DNA of 64,000 bases from Octopus sinensis. Taxonomy: Eukaryota. The notes under the pieces were generated by a model. That model saw nothing but the letters and a program-made list of their open reading frames with translations, searched no databases and was not told the origin of the DNA. The stretch covers positions 81,654,001 to 81,718,000 of the forward strand of contig NC_043004.1 in NCBI RefSeq assembly GCF_006345805.1, given 5' to 3'. Positions 53,008 through 64,000 of this stretch are shown in pieces (the first letter of the stretch is position 1; each line of letters starts with the position of its first letter). The position numbers were made by a program, and so were the translations under genes.

Positions 53008-53623
53008 ATTCTCATAGAATCTTTAAAGCGCTGGGGTGGGGTGGGGGACTAAAAGAACACTTTGTAGCATTTATCTGTTACTTGCTTCAATCATTAGACC
53101 GCGGCCATGCTGGGGCACCACATTGGAGAGTTGTTTGTTGAAGGAATCGATCCCAGGATATATTTTTAAAGCTTGGTTCTTAGACTACCGGTTTCCTTTG
53201 CGAACCTTTGAGTTACGGAACGTAAACAAACCAACCCTGATTGTCAAGCGGTGTTGGGGAACAAACACAAATACAACACGCACACACGCACACACACACA
53301 CACACACCCACGCGCGCGCGTACACACTCACATACGACGTGTTTCCAGAAGTGAATTATTCAAACCCCAAAGAATTCCTTTCAACACACGGCTATGATGC
53401 TCACCCATTACTTCTGTTCGTGATCAGAGATGCATATATCATCGACTATTAAGGGACATGCTCATCTGGTTAAGATCGAAAAACTGTCTGGTAGCTCTGC
53501 GGTATTGAGCAGAATATTTGATGTAGCCCATCTTTTATACCAAGACAAAACAATGTACATGATAACACTTCCAATCACTGAAGATCAGGAGCCATGAGAG
53601 CCACTGCCTGGTATTGCATCAGG

Positions 53624-53673
<50 letters not shown>

Positions 53674-54069
53674 CATTATTATTATTATTATCATCATCAT
53701 CATCATCATCATCATCTTCATCATCATCATCATCATCATCATCATTATCATCATTATTATTATTATTATTATTATTATTCGCTTACAATCGCTCGTTTAT
53801 TATTCTTCAGTCATGTAGAACGAAAACATTTCCATATCAGAATACGGATTGTTGCTCTGATTAATTTCCAATATTTGAAAAAAATCATTTGTTTAATTAT
53901 TTGTTTAAGGAGAAGTGAGATTAATAAAGGGATTTTGCTGTTGTTCAACGTGATGCGGCATGGAAAACATTTGTAGAACTCAATGATGAAGGTGGAGCGC
54001 ATCGAACAAAATGTCTTTTCGTCATAGTCGAGTTGAGCCTTCTATATCATCATCATCATCATCATCATT

Positions 54070-54320
54070 GTGAAAGGTAAGAGAGTCCAGTTTGCTGGAC
54101 ATTGTTGTAGAGCTGAAAAAGAGGTAATTTCTACTCTTCTCCTCTTGAAGCCATCTACTCGCAATACCAGAGGGCGCACACTCTCCTACCCTGATGTAAC
54201 CTCCAGGGATACAGGCATCCAGCAACAGGACCTCCGTAATGCCATGATGGACCGTGAAGTCTGGCGTAGCATGGTAAATTCCATTGTCTCGACCACGGTC
54301 GAACAATGATGATGATGATG
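54070..54320 (+). mobile_element. RTE-clade LINE 3' fragment
   Basis: RVQFAGHCCRAEKE...LSYPDV..RDTG...NAMMDREVWR; (GAT)n tail inside (CAT)n. Confidence 0.8.
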
Positions 54321-54526
54321 CCATCATCATCATCGTTATCATCATCATCATCATCATCATCTTCCATTTCTGCCTTTTTTTGTTTGTTTATTTCTTTCTT
54401 TTACACTTACCATTCTATCGTGTTGATAGTGTTAAAATATCTCTTTCATGTTCCAAATGACTTCAGCGTTTGTGGTTTCCTAATTGTGGTTTTTTCCCGA
54501 TGACGTTTAATTATGACTTTTCCAAG

Positions 54527-54570
<44 letters not shown>

Positions 54571-54757
54571 ACAACAACAACAACAACAAAATGAGAAGAC
54601 AAGAGTTTGTTCATACTGTGGTACAGACCACTCTATTTGCGTTTGATAAGAAAAGCCTTATGAACACGGCGCAGCTGACAGACTGGCTTTTCGTCAGGGG
54701 CGATTTGAGCCTAAATATTAATAACAAAACCAGCAAAACACCAGCAGCAACAACAGT

Positions 54758-55110
54758 GGAGGCGCAATGGTCCAATGGTTAGGGCAGCGGACTCGCGGTC
54801 GGAGGATCACGGTTTCGATTCCCAGACCGGGCGTTGTGTGTGTTTATTGAGCGAAAACACCTAAAGCTCTACGAGGCTCCGGCAAGGGGTGGTGGCGACC
54901 CCTGTTGTACTCTTTCGCCCCAACTTTCTCTCACTCTTTCTTCCTGAGCCTGGATGCGCATTCATCCATCCGCCGATGCTCTCGGTGTCGGGGGTTGACC
55001 TGCTTTCTCTTCTGCGGGTCTTACGAATAGCAAAGGACCACGTTTCGGACTTCTCCCACTACAGAGGCGCGATCTTGCGAGCTCTGGGACGAAGACCGCT
55101 ACGCTCAACA
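54758..55110 (+). mobile_element. SINE C head with an alternative 3' tail
   Basis: Matches 6064-6445 to about 54945, then unrelated sequence ending in (AAC/AGC)n. Confidence 0.75.
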
Positions 55111-55649
55111 ACAACAGCAACAGCAGCAGCAACAACAACAATGAATAGAAGTCAATAGTTTGTTCGCACTGGGCTATCGACATTCCGTTATTGTACGTAG
55201 TCAAGGCAGAACCAGTGAAGACATTTGATTGCAAAACCTCCTCAAAAATAGCGCGTCGAACAAAATTTCTTTTCGTCAGGTGCAATTTGAGTCAAAATAA
55301 AAACGACAGCAACTGTAAAATGTAAAGTCAATAATAGTTCGTTCATAATGCATTATCGATAGTCCGTTGTTGTGCAGGCATTTAATTATAAAAATCTCAT
55401 CAAAAACGTCTGCTGACGGTTTTGAATCTCGTTTAAATATATTATAGTAACATCGATCGATGGATGCACCAATGTCGGAATGAATCAGTAAATGCATAAA
55501 CAATGTGAAGGAGTTGATATATTTGAGTGTTACTTAGAGTAAATGATTGGCAGAATCGAAAGGTTGGTGGACAAAATACCACAAGGTATTACTTAGCTAC
55601 GTTAAGGCAATGAACTGGCAAAATTGTTAGCACACCGGGAAAAGTGCTT

Positions 55650-55706
<57 letters not shown>

Positions 55707-55712
55707 GCCATG

Positions 55713-55891
55713 ATAGATCGTTAGCCACTACACACATTTTTTTCTCTCCTTGTTTTTTCTGTGTCCCTTTCTGTAGAAGAGCGTAGGCTCGAAACGTAAA
55801 AGACTTTTTCTATTCCTGAGCGTTATACTAATACATCTGTTTGTTTTGTACACCACCTGTCTTCGTCTTTTGTTTTTTTCGTAAACTCTCC
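55713..55891 (+). mobile_element. HHR-bearing short repeat, family P1 (core CTGTAGA at 55771)
   Basis: CTGTAGA-A-GAGC-gtag-GCTC-GAAACGTA-AAAG; stem I CTTT/AAAG. Confidence 0.72.
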
Positions 55892-55968
<77 letters not shown>

Positions 55969-56226
55969 ATATATACATACATATATATACGAAGAGCATC
56001 TTTCAGTTGCCGTCTTCCAATTGCATTCAAAAGGCTTTGGTCGGCCCGAGGCTACAACAGAAGAAACTTGGTCCATGAACCACGCAGTGGAACTGAACCT
56101 AGAGTCATGTGGCTGGAAAGAATGTTTCTTACCACATAGCTATACGCACAGTCACGCTTGTAGAAAATTTGTAGAAAATGTTAATCAAAAAGATATGCAT
56201 TTTTCGAAAACACAGTCGGTGATGGT

Positions 56227-56451
56227 GGGGCGGGGCATGTATCTGTAGTTATGCCGGGGTTGAGAATTTTATGACACTGTTGCTTAGCTGGACACGTGAG
56301 TAATAATATTAGGGTTCAGAAATCGGGACCTAGGATCTTGGTAGCGACGTTGATAGAGTGTGTCGATCCTCGGGCCAATAAGCCTACACAAACTTATACA
56401 GCAGACACTGAGATGCCGCCCCCGCGAAAGCGTTGTTCGGGGCGGACCAAT
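56227..56451. promoter_or_regulatory. Candidate promoter or enhancer motif cluster
   Basis: GGGGCGGGGC 56227-36, CACGTG 56293-98, CCAAT 56375-79, GGGGCGGA plus CCAAT 56439-51; locally GC/CpG-rich. Confidence 0.3.
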
Positions 56452-56828
56452 CTCTCACCTTCGCCCTTTACTCACAAGCTATGCTACTGGATCTAAGACT
56501 ATGGATCTGCACAAAATATAATCCAATCTGCATCATTAATGCACACAAAATCACGCATGAATGGATATTGATTATAATATAAATATAAAATGACGCTTGA
56601 ATGCACATTGATTGCAATATATGATTGGAATTATATGTAAAGTTGAGCAGAAACCCGTGTATGCTTTTAAATAAATTGAAGGGTCGCTGTATTAGATATT
56701 TCAGCTAATCCCAAATACTTTGTTTTTTGCTCCGTGTGACGTTTTGCAAATCAATTTGTTGTTTCCGTTTAATACACGAGATGCTGCGTAGAAGTTAGAG
56801 ATGTATCTGATGCTTCTTTACTTCCTTG

Positions 56829-56859
<31 letters not shown>

Positions 56860-57421
56860 CCTTTGATTCTGAGTAAGTGTGTGTGTGTGTAGGAATTAAT
56901 TTTAAGGGACAGCTTACAAGATAAATACGTGTGTATTTGCATTCATGCATGTTTCTGTGTGTGTGTGTGTGTGTGTGTGTTTAAGTGTGTGTGTGTTTAA
57001 GTGTGTGTGTGTTTGAGTGTGTGTGTGTGTTTGAGTGAGTGTGTGTTTATATCTGTGTGTGTGTATGTGCGTGCGTGCGTGGGTGTTTGGGAAATTTCGC
57101 TCGAGGAATTGTAGATGTTTTGCGTGTGTAGCAGTATATTTGATATGAGGGTGTAATTGTGGGAGTAGATACGTGGCTTCTGTTAAGTGTGTATGTTTGG
57201 ACGTGTATGCTTAAAAGAGCTATGAAGGTTAAGCATCTGTTCACACACACACACACACACACACGCACACACACACAAACATACAGATGCAAATAAGACA
57301 CACACATATTATGTATGTATGGATGTATATATATATGCATATGTATTTATGTATACATACATACCTGCCCACATATATATGTGTATGAACACACATACAC
57401 ATGCACATATGTTTGTGTGAG

Positions 57422-57453
<32 letters not shown>

Positions 57454-57566
57454 TACATAGCATACACAGACTTAAACATCAGTCCCAAAATAACAAAAAT
57501 AAACATGAATAAAGTAATGTGTGTGTGTATGTTTATGTGTGTTTGTGGGTGTACACGTGTATTTCA

Positions 57567-57621
<55 letters not shown>

Positions 57622-58120
57622 CATACATTAGCTCTCACGCATTTACACTTCTTTAGCGATTACGGATCGCACACAAAACCTGCACAGAACATGTTACATG
57701 TAATACGGCATAAACAGCATGGAACAGCATCAACTGCAACAACGACGACGACGACGACAACGACGGCAGCAGCAACAACGAAAACAACAACAATCTTGTT
57801 GTACACCCTGTAATAAATATGTTAACACCAATAGTGACGTAACGAGGTTGTGCGGGGCGAAAGCACCGCATATGGTGGTGAAACATATGCTGAGGGCATG
57901 TTACGTTTAAGGAAGGGGCGGGTCAATTTGGCTACAGGGACGCTCAATCCCAATACCCCCAGCCCTTACTTTACATGGTACTTCATTGAAAACTTATTAA
58001 ATTAGTAACGCAGTGAAAACATAAAGTTACGATGCTCCTCCTATCTAACTATTTTAATTGGAGATACGAGATATCGCGCCGTACTGTCAGGCAAGTCAGC
58101 CGCAATGTCTGTTTAGGATA

Positions 58121-58420
58121 GCAGGCGTGTGGCTCAGTGGTTAGAGCGTCGGTCTTACAATCATGCGGTAGTGAGTTCGATTTCCGGACCGGGGTTCTGT
58201 GTTGTGTTCTTGAGCAAGACACTTTATTTCACGTTGCTCCAGTTCACTAACCTGTAGAAATGAGTTGCGACGTCTTATAATCTTACATAAGATTATATTG
58301 TCTTTGCTTTTCCCTTGAATAACATCGGGGAGGCTGGTATGCATGGATGACTGCTGGTCTTCCATAAAGCAACACGACTTACGTCCCGGAGGGGAACTTT
58401 CTAGATGCAATCCCACAATT
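58121..58420 (+). mobile_element. tRNA-derived SINE family D; relatives near 4420-4770 (+), 16400-16532 (-), 62780-62905 (-)
   Basis: ggctcagtggttagagcg head; central ttgagcaagacactttatttcacgttgctccag. Confidence 0.75.
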
Positions 58421-58499
58421 CTCAACAAAGGAGAGAGGAATTAGCAGCAATTCGAGAGTTGTAGAGATGAAGTAGAGAATTAAAGAACTTCATTACAGG

Positions 58500-58645
58500 T
58501 TATAAGCTATATTTTTAAAAGGTTATATTATATAAGGTTATAAGGTTATATTATATAAGGTTATATTATATAAGGCTATATAATATAAGGTTATATTATA
58601 CAAGTTTATATTATATAAGGTTATATTAAATAAGGTTATAAGCTA
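58500..58645 (+). repeat. 15-bp minisatellite (aaggttatattatat)n
   Basis: Roughly eight degenerate units. Confidence 0.85.
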
Positions 58646-58659
58646 TATTTTTATGGGGT

Positions 58660-59070
58660 AGGCGGCGAGATGGCAGAATCTTTAGTGCGTTGGACAAAAT
58701 GCTTAGCAGCATTTTATCCGACTCATTATGTCTTTCTTGAGTTCAAATCACGACGAGGTCGACTTTGCCTTTCATCTTTTGGGAGTCGATAAAATATTTA
58801 CCAGCGAATTGCTAGGGGGTCGACGTGATCGACTTGCCACCTTCTCTCAGAGCTGAAGGCATTGAATCAAAATTTGAAACCATCTAAGATAGCGAATTAG
58901 TAGAATCTCTAGTGCATCGAACAAACTGCTCTTTATGCTCTCATATCAAATTCTACAAGTCGACTTTGCCTTTCATCCTTTCGGGGTCGATGAAATAAGT
59001 ACCAGTTACGCACTGGGATCGATGTATTCGACTAGTCCCCTTTCCCAAAATTTCAGGCCTTGTGCCTAGG
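58660..59070 (+). mobile_element. Two diverged SINE A copies
   Basis: Heads near 58660 and 58880; the second abuts the R4-like RT remnant. Confidence 0.7.
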
Positions 59071-59757
59071 GACGGCTAAAGTGTTGATACCTATTATTTT
59101 GTTTTTCGCATTGAGCTCTACTTTCAGTATTAACCTAACTCGTCTATAGTATTCTTTTCCTATCTTCTCTTTCATTTGTGTGTGTTGTATCGCATCTAAT
59201 TGATTGTCTCCTATGTATTTGTATGTCTGGCTTAGGTCTAATTCTTTTATTTCATTAGCTTTATCTAGTGTGATGTTGATACTCTTTATTAGTTTTTCCT
59301 CTTTTCAATGTTGCTTTGACACATTTTTCAAAGCCAAATTTCATATTACTACTGTCTGTAGTAATGTTTCCAGCTGTTTATCATTTGCAGCATACAGTTA
59401 TAAATCATCCATAGACAAGAAATAGTTGATTGTTTTGCCATATCAGTTGTATCCACATCCAGTTCTGTTTAGCATGTCAGATAAAAGTGTCAGTGCCAAG
59501 CAGAAAAAGAGTGGAGAGAGCGTGTCTCCATGGAATATTCCTTTTCTAATGGGGATAGCTTTGGTTTTTATGAGCCCCTCTTTTTTGTCTCGAGCTGTAG
59601 CACTGTCTACCATTTATTCATGGAATGTTATATATATTTTATGAGTATGAGTGCTACCTTCTTCATGGCTAGTGTTTCTAGGATCCATGTGTGGGGAATA
59701 CTATCAAAAGCCTTTCGATAATCGAACATAACTATACTTAGACCTTTCTTTTTTCTA
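59068..59757 (-). pseudogene. R4/Dong-like non-LTR reverse transcriptase remnant
   Basis: DYRKAFDSIPHTWI, GIFHGDTLSPLFFCLAL, SMDDL-LYA, ELNAKNKIIGINTLAVP; stops and frameshifts. Confidence 0.75.
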
Positions 59758-59764
59758 TCATTAG

Positions 59765-59795
<31 letters not shown>

Positions 59796-59798
59796 CTT

Positions 59799-59865
<67 letters not shown>

Positions 59866-59867
<2 letters not shown>

Positions 59868-60012
59868 ATTTAAGATGTTGCACAGCATCCAAAATGGTGA
59901 TGTCGTTGATTGAAGATATTGTGTCTACCGGGAGTTTGTAATGTCCGTCAAGTCTCAACAAGGACCTCAGTAGTCAGACAGTACTTTCATGCAATATGCG
60001 TGCAGTTCCATC
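59866..60012 (-). mobile_element. Putative 3' end of an R4/Dong-like element
   Basis: GTARIL-KVLS terminal motif, about 110 bp 3'UTR, then (TAA)n. Confidence 0.5.
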
Positions 60013-61116
60013 TTACATTTAACTCGTGCTATCTTCCAGTCCTATATCCTTCATATTATACACATCATGCATATCCCATGATTCATTTGTAATCTACGTA
60101 TGACTTCCGCTGCTTGCAAATGTTTCTTTTACCACTTCCTGTAGAATCCCTCGAATATTTATCGACCTCTGTTGTACATCGGCCCCACCACTTTTTCCCT
60201 CTTTCTTGTTCGTCAGTGACTGTAGAACAATAAATATCCACATTAACTAACGTATTTTATTGATTACTTATTTCACTCATTCGATTGCGGTCACGCTGGA
60301 GCTTGAAGGGTTTTAGTCGAGCAGATCGACCATAGAGCAAATTCTATTTCTGTTGAAGTCTGACCCATATCCTATCGGTCGCTTATGTTGCACCGCTAAG
60401 TTACAGGGATCTAAACAAACCAACACTGGTTGTCAAACGGTGGTGGAGGATAAACACAAACACGAAGACAAACACACACACATGACGGGCTTCTTCACCG
60501 TCTCCTTCTACCAAATTAATAAAAAAGCAAAACAAAAGGTACTGAACAACCTGAGGTTATAGTAGAAAATACTTGCCTAAGGTGCTGTGTAATGGTTTCG
60601 AACCCGCAACCACGTGATCGCAAAGCGAGCTTCTTAACCACACAGCTACGCGTGCGTCTATACACTTTGGCTTTTACGTTACATTTTCGATAATTCTCAT
60701 TTTCTCTAAACCAAACCTTAGAATCTAGATTATAGCTGACATCGTTTCAGTTTAGTTTAATTATCTTAGACTTCATGAATTGACGGACGCTGCCTGTGTC
60801 GGTCTATCGCTAAGCATTTACATCCTTAATGAGGTGCGCTGTCGCTGCTTTTAAATACAGTATGTTCAGTTTGTTTTCTGCAAGGGGCGGTGAAAACTTC
60901 CCGGCTTTAAGGGTGTTGCGAAAGGCAAGGTTGGAGACCCAACCTTCGGAGTTCTTTTACAGGGTTTAGAAAACAATGAAGGGCAACTGCAATAAATGTG
61001 CGAATTTGAGAGGGAAATATGTTGGATAAAATCATAATTAACTGATCCTCCTGTATTTTCTTTTACTCAAGGCCAGGAACTTTTCAACATCTCTCGTGTG
61101 TGTGTGTGTATATATA

Positions 61117-61283
61117 TAGGTGCAGGAGTGGCTGTGTGGTAAGTGGCTTGCTTACCAACCACATGGTTCTGGGTTCAGTCCCACTGCGTGGCCCCTTGGG
61201 CAAGTGTCTTCTACTATAGCCTCGGGCCGACCAAAACCTTGTGAGTGGATTTGGTAGACGGAAACTGAAAGAAGCCCGTTGTA

Positions 61284-61367
<84 letters not shown>

Positions 61368-61570
61368 GTGGTGTGTGTGTGTGTGGTGTGTGTGTGTGCA
61401 TATGTTTGTGTGTGTTTACGCCCCCGTAGCTTAGTGGTTCGGCAAAAAGATAAACCCATATATTAAGTACTAGATTTACAAAGAACAAGTCCTGTGGTCG
61501 ATTTGCTCGACTAAAGGCGGGGATCCAGCATGGCCGCTGTCAAATGACTGAAACAAATAAAAGAGAAAAA
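61117..61570 (+). mobile_element. SINE B
   Basis: Full length. Further partial or diverged copies near 1-71, 17650-17990, 30630-30770, 31690-31835, 32055-32560, 32740-32950, 40720-40940, 42665-42830, 43520-43740, 50235-50880, 53060-53340, 55990-56150 and 60260-60655. Confidence 0.85.
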
Positions 61571-61586
61571 AGAAACAAATATATTA

Positions 61587-62250
61587 GGAGGGGTGCTGAA
61601 AAGGTCCTGGTTTTAAGGGTATCCGGAAAGACCTGATTGGAGACCCAACCTATTGAGTTCTTTTAAAGGGTTTACAAAAACTGAAGGATTACTGCAATAA
61701 TCGTGTGAATCTAAGAGGGGAATATGATACATAAAAGCATATATTTCTTTTACTGTCCACAAGGGGCTAAACATAGAGGGAACAAACAAGGACAGCCAAA
61801 GGGATTAAGTCGATTAAATCGACCCCAGTGCGTAACTGGTGCTTAATTTATCGACCCCGAAAGGATGAAAGGCAAAGTCGACCTCGGCGGAATTTGAACT
61901 CAGAGCGTAACGACAGACGAAATACCTATTTCTATTTCTTTATTACCCACAAGGGGCTAAACATAGAGGGGACAAACAAGGACAGACATAGGTATTAAGT
62001 CGACTACATCGATCCCAGTGCGTAACTGGTACTTTATTTATCGACCCCGAAAGGATGAAAGGCAAAGTCGACCTCGGCGGAATTTGAACTCAGAATGTAA
62101 CGACAGACGAAATACCGCTACGCATTTCGCTCGGCGCGCTAACGTAAAGTTTCTGCCGACTCGCCGCCTTCATGATACATAAAAGCATGATTAACCGATC
62201 TTCCTGTGTTTTCTTTTACCCAAAGCCAGGAACTTTTCAGCACCTTCTCG
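61587..62250. mobile_element. Mariner-type MITE interrupted by a SINE dimer
   Basis: TIR gggtgctgaaaag(g/t)tcctgg, TA flanks; uninterrupted relatives near 60884-61095 and 42105-42283. Confidence 0.8.
61741..62171 (-). mobile_element. SINE A dimer with 17-bp TSD
   Basis: atgatacataaaagcat at 61724-40 and 62172-88. Confidence 0.9.
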
Positions 62251-62954
62251 TATATCTTCTGTTCTACGAAGTAATTTTTAGCTGAAAGAAACTCAGTGTT
62301 GAAAAGGTTCTGAAAGAGAAGGAAACCAATTTCAGAAGTAAAAAGATTGTGTTGATTAAATCATTACAGACTGATTTAGTTAAACGTGCCCATAATGATT
62401 CAATATCAACTTGGTAAGGCTCAGAACACATCTGTTAATGTATTGCTGGCTGATTTCTATTGCTAGGAATAATTGTTCCCATCATCTTCCAAATGATCGG
62501 GTGATGTTTATCACTGAGGTGGCTTATTCAACCCGAAGCACCGTTGTCTGATTGTTCACTGACGTCATTAGAAGAGAGCGTGTTGTTTACGATAGATCGC
62601 CTGTAAGGAGAAGTCGTGATCTGAGAGGAAAATCTAACAGCGGAAAGCCATGTTAATGATCAAATGTGTAGTAAGGTACTAAAAATGTATTCACGATATC
62701 ACGGTATCGACCAGATTGTCGGATGTTGTTCTACATCACTGGTCACATTGCGCTTTGTATTGTTTTAGCTTTCGATTGATACACCCCGCTAGCTCGGCGA
62801 GCAGGCCAGCATCCCGCCAGATTGGAAGACTAGTCCGCTGAAAGGTGACCCATTTCCAGCTGAGTGGACTGGGGCAACATGAAATGAAGTGTTTTGCTCA
62901 ACGTGTTGCCCAAACTTCTAACATGCATGAAGAGGTCTTAGGTTAGGTCACGGA

Positions 62955-63345
62955 GTCAGTGAACCTATTAAGGTGAAGTCTGGTGTTATTCAAGGAGGAA
63001 TGCTATCTCCCCTAATTTTTCAGTTGAAGATTGATTATAAATAAGATGGAGTAAGTTTTGCAGGGAAGAGTTTTTGAAACACAATAGACGGATGATATCA
63101 CGCTAAACAATCTAGATTGTCCTGACGATGGGGAAAATTACAGGAATAACAGAAGAAATTCTGCTAGTATTAAATATTCTAATATGGCAGGGAAGCAAGG
63201 TTGATCTGGCTATGAAATATTCAAAGACCGTAATGATGAAAATAGATTATTCAAATCAATACAATCGTAGCATCGAAAAAGAAATAATAAAGATTATTGA
63301 TTACTTGAAATTAATTGGGGGCTATGGTTGCAAGTATTGGCTCAC
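62955..63345 (+). pseudogene. LINE RT remnant (RTE-like)
   Basis: EPIKVKSGVIQGGMLSPLIF; LDCPDD at the YADD position; decayed. Confidence 0.6.
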
Positions 63346-63529
63346 TTGGTTTCGAGTTTAGGGAAAGAATTAAAATGAAGCGAAACAAATCTGAGCATGT
63401 TAAAATTTATGACAGTCCGATCTTCTCTTGACATAAACGAAAATACAAATTCATGACTTTCGTAAAATCATTATTACTTTATGGATATCGACCTTGGTGT
63501 GTATATATATATATATATATAATATATAT

Positions 63530-63563
<34 letters not shown>

Positions 63564-63753
63564 CACACAAAAAAAAACCGTTAGATTCACTTCAACATTT
63601 AAATTTAATTTGTGTCGAAATATTTTCGTCGCTTTGAAACCGCGCGACCTTTTCACCGAAAAAATTTCGTATTGACTGTCCTTCACATTCTCACAGCGCC
63701 TTAAGTCATTCCTATTTTGCCGCCGTGTGTGTCTGCTCACTCATATATATATT

Positions 63754-63785
<32 letters not shown>

Positions 63786-63950
63786 TGTATGTATGTATGT
63801 ATGTATGTATGTATGTATGTATGTATGTGTGTATGTATGTGTGTATGTATGTATGTATGTATGTGTGTGTGTATGTACGTATGTATGTATGTATGTATGT
63901 ATGCATGTATGTATGTATGTGTGTGTGTATATATATATATATGTATATAC

Positions 63951-63994
<44 letters not shown>

Positions 63995-64000
63995 TATATA

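Noticed and set aside
62542-62620. Candidate exon ITTSPYRRSIVNNTLSSNDVSEQSDNG (minus)
   Set aside because: Good acceptor but weak donor (gtgctt); only superficial likeness to RRGAIS.

Overview
Eukaryotic, AT-rich, microsatellite-dense DNA. The SINE repertoire and repeat style point to an octopus genome (inference; no database check). The only supportable protein-coding gene is a minus-strand PDE7-family cAMP phosphodiesterase. Nine GT-AG exons (25662 down to 197) splice in frame into the catalytic domain ([33 protein letters not shown]). One further upstream exon is likely (31546-31667). The last exon(s) lie left of the window and the start codon was not located. Introns hold tRNA-derived SINEs, Tc1/mariner, pogo and other MITEs, LINE fragments (CR1, RTE, R4/Dong-like, Hero-like, Penelope-like), microsatellites and a 100-N gap. 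The most notable signal is a set of at least ten hammerhead-ribozyme (HHR) motifs in five short repeat families. One has a fully canonical core with long stems (12813-12914). Several are minimal motifs with a palindromic ACGT helix III, and one family carries a fixed A6U change. All copies with a canonical core lie antisense to PDE7, while every sense-strand copy carries disabling-looking changes. One family joins a tRNA-like Pol III head to an HHR and forms a 557-bp palindrome 46 nt from a PDE7 splice acceptor. Several other long fold-backs also lie in the introns. Folds were read by eye; repeat boundaries are approximate unless TSD/TIR coordinates are given.
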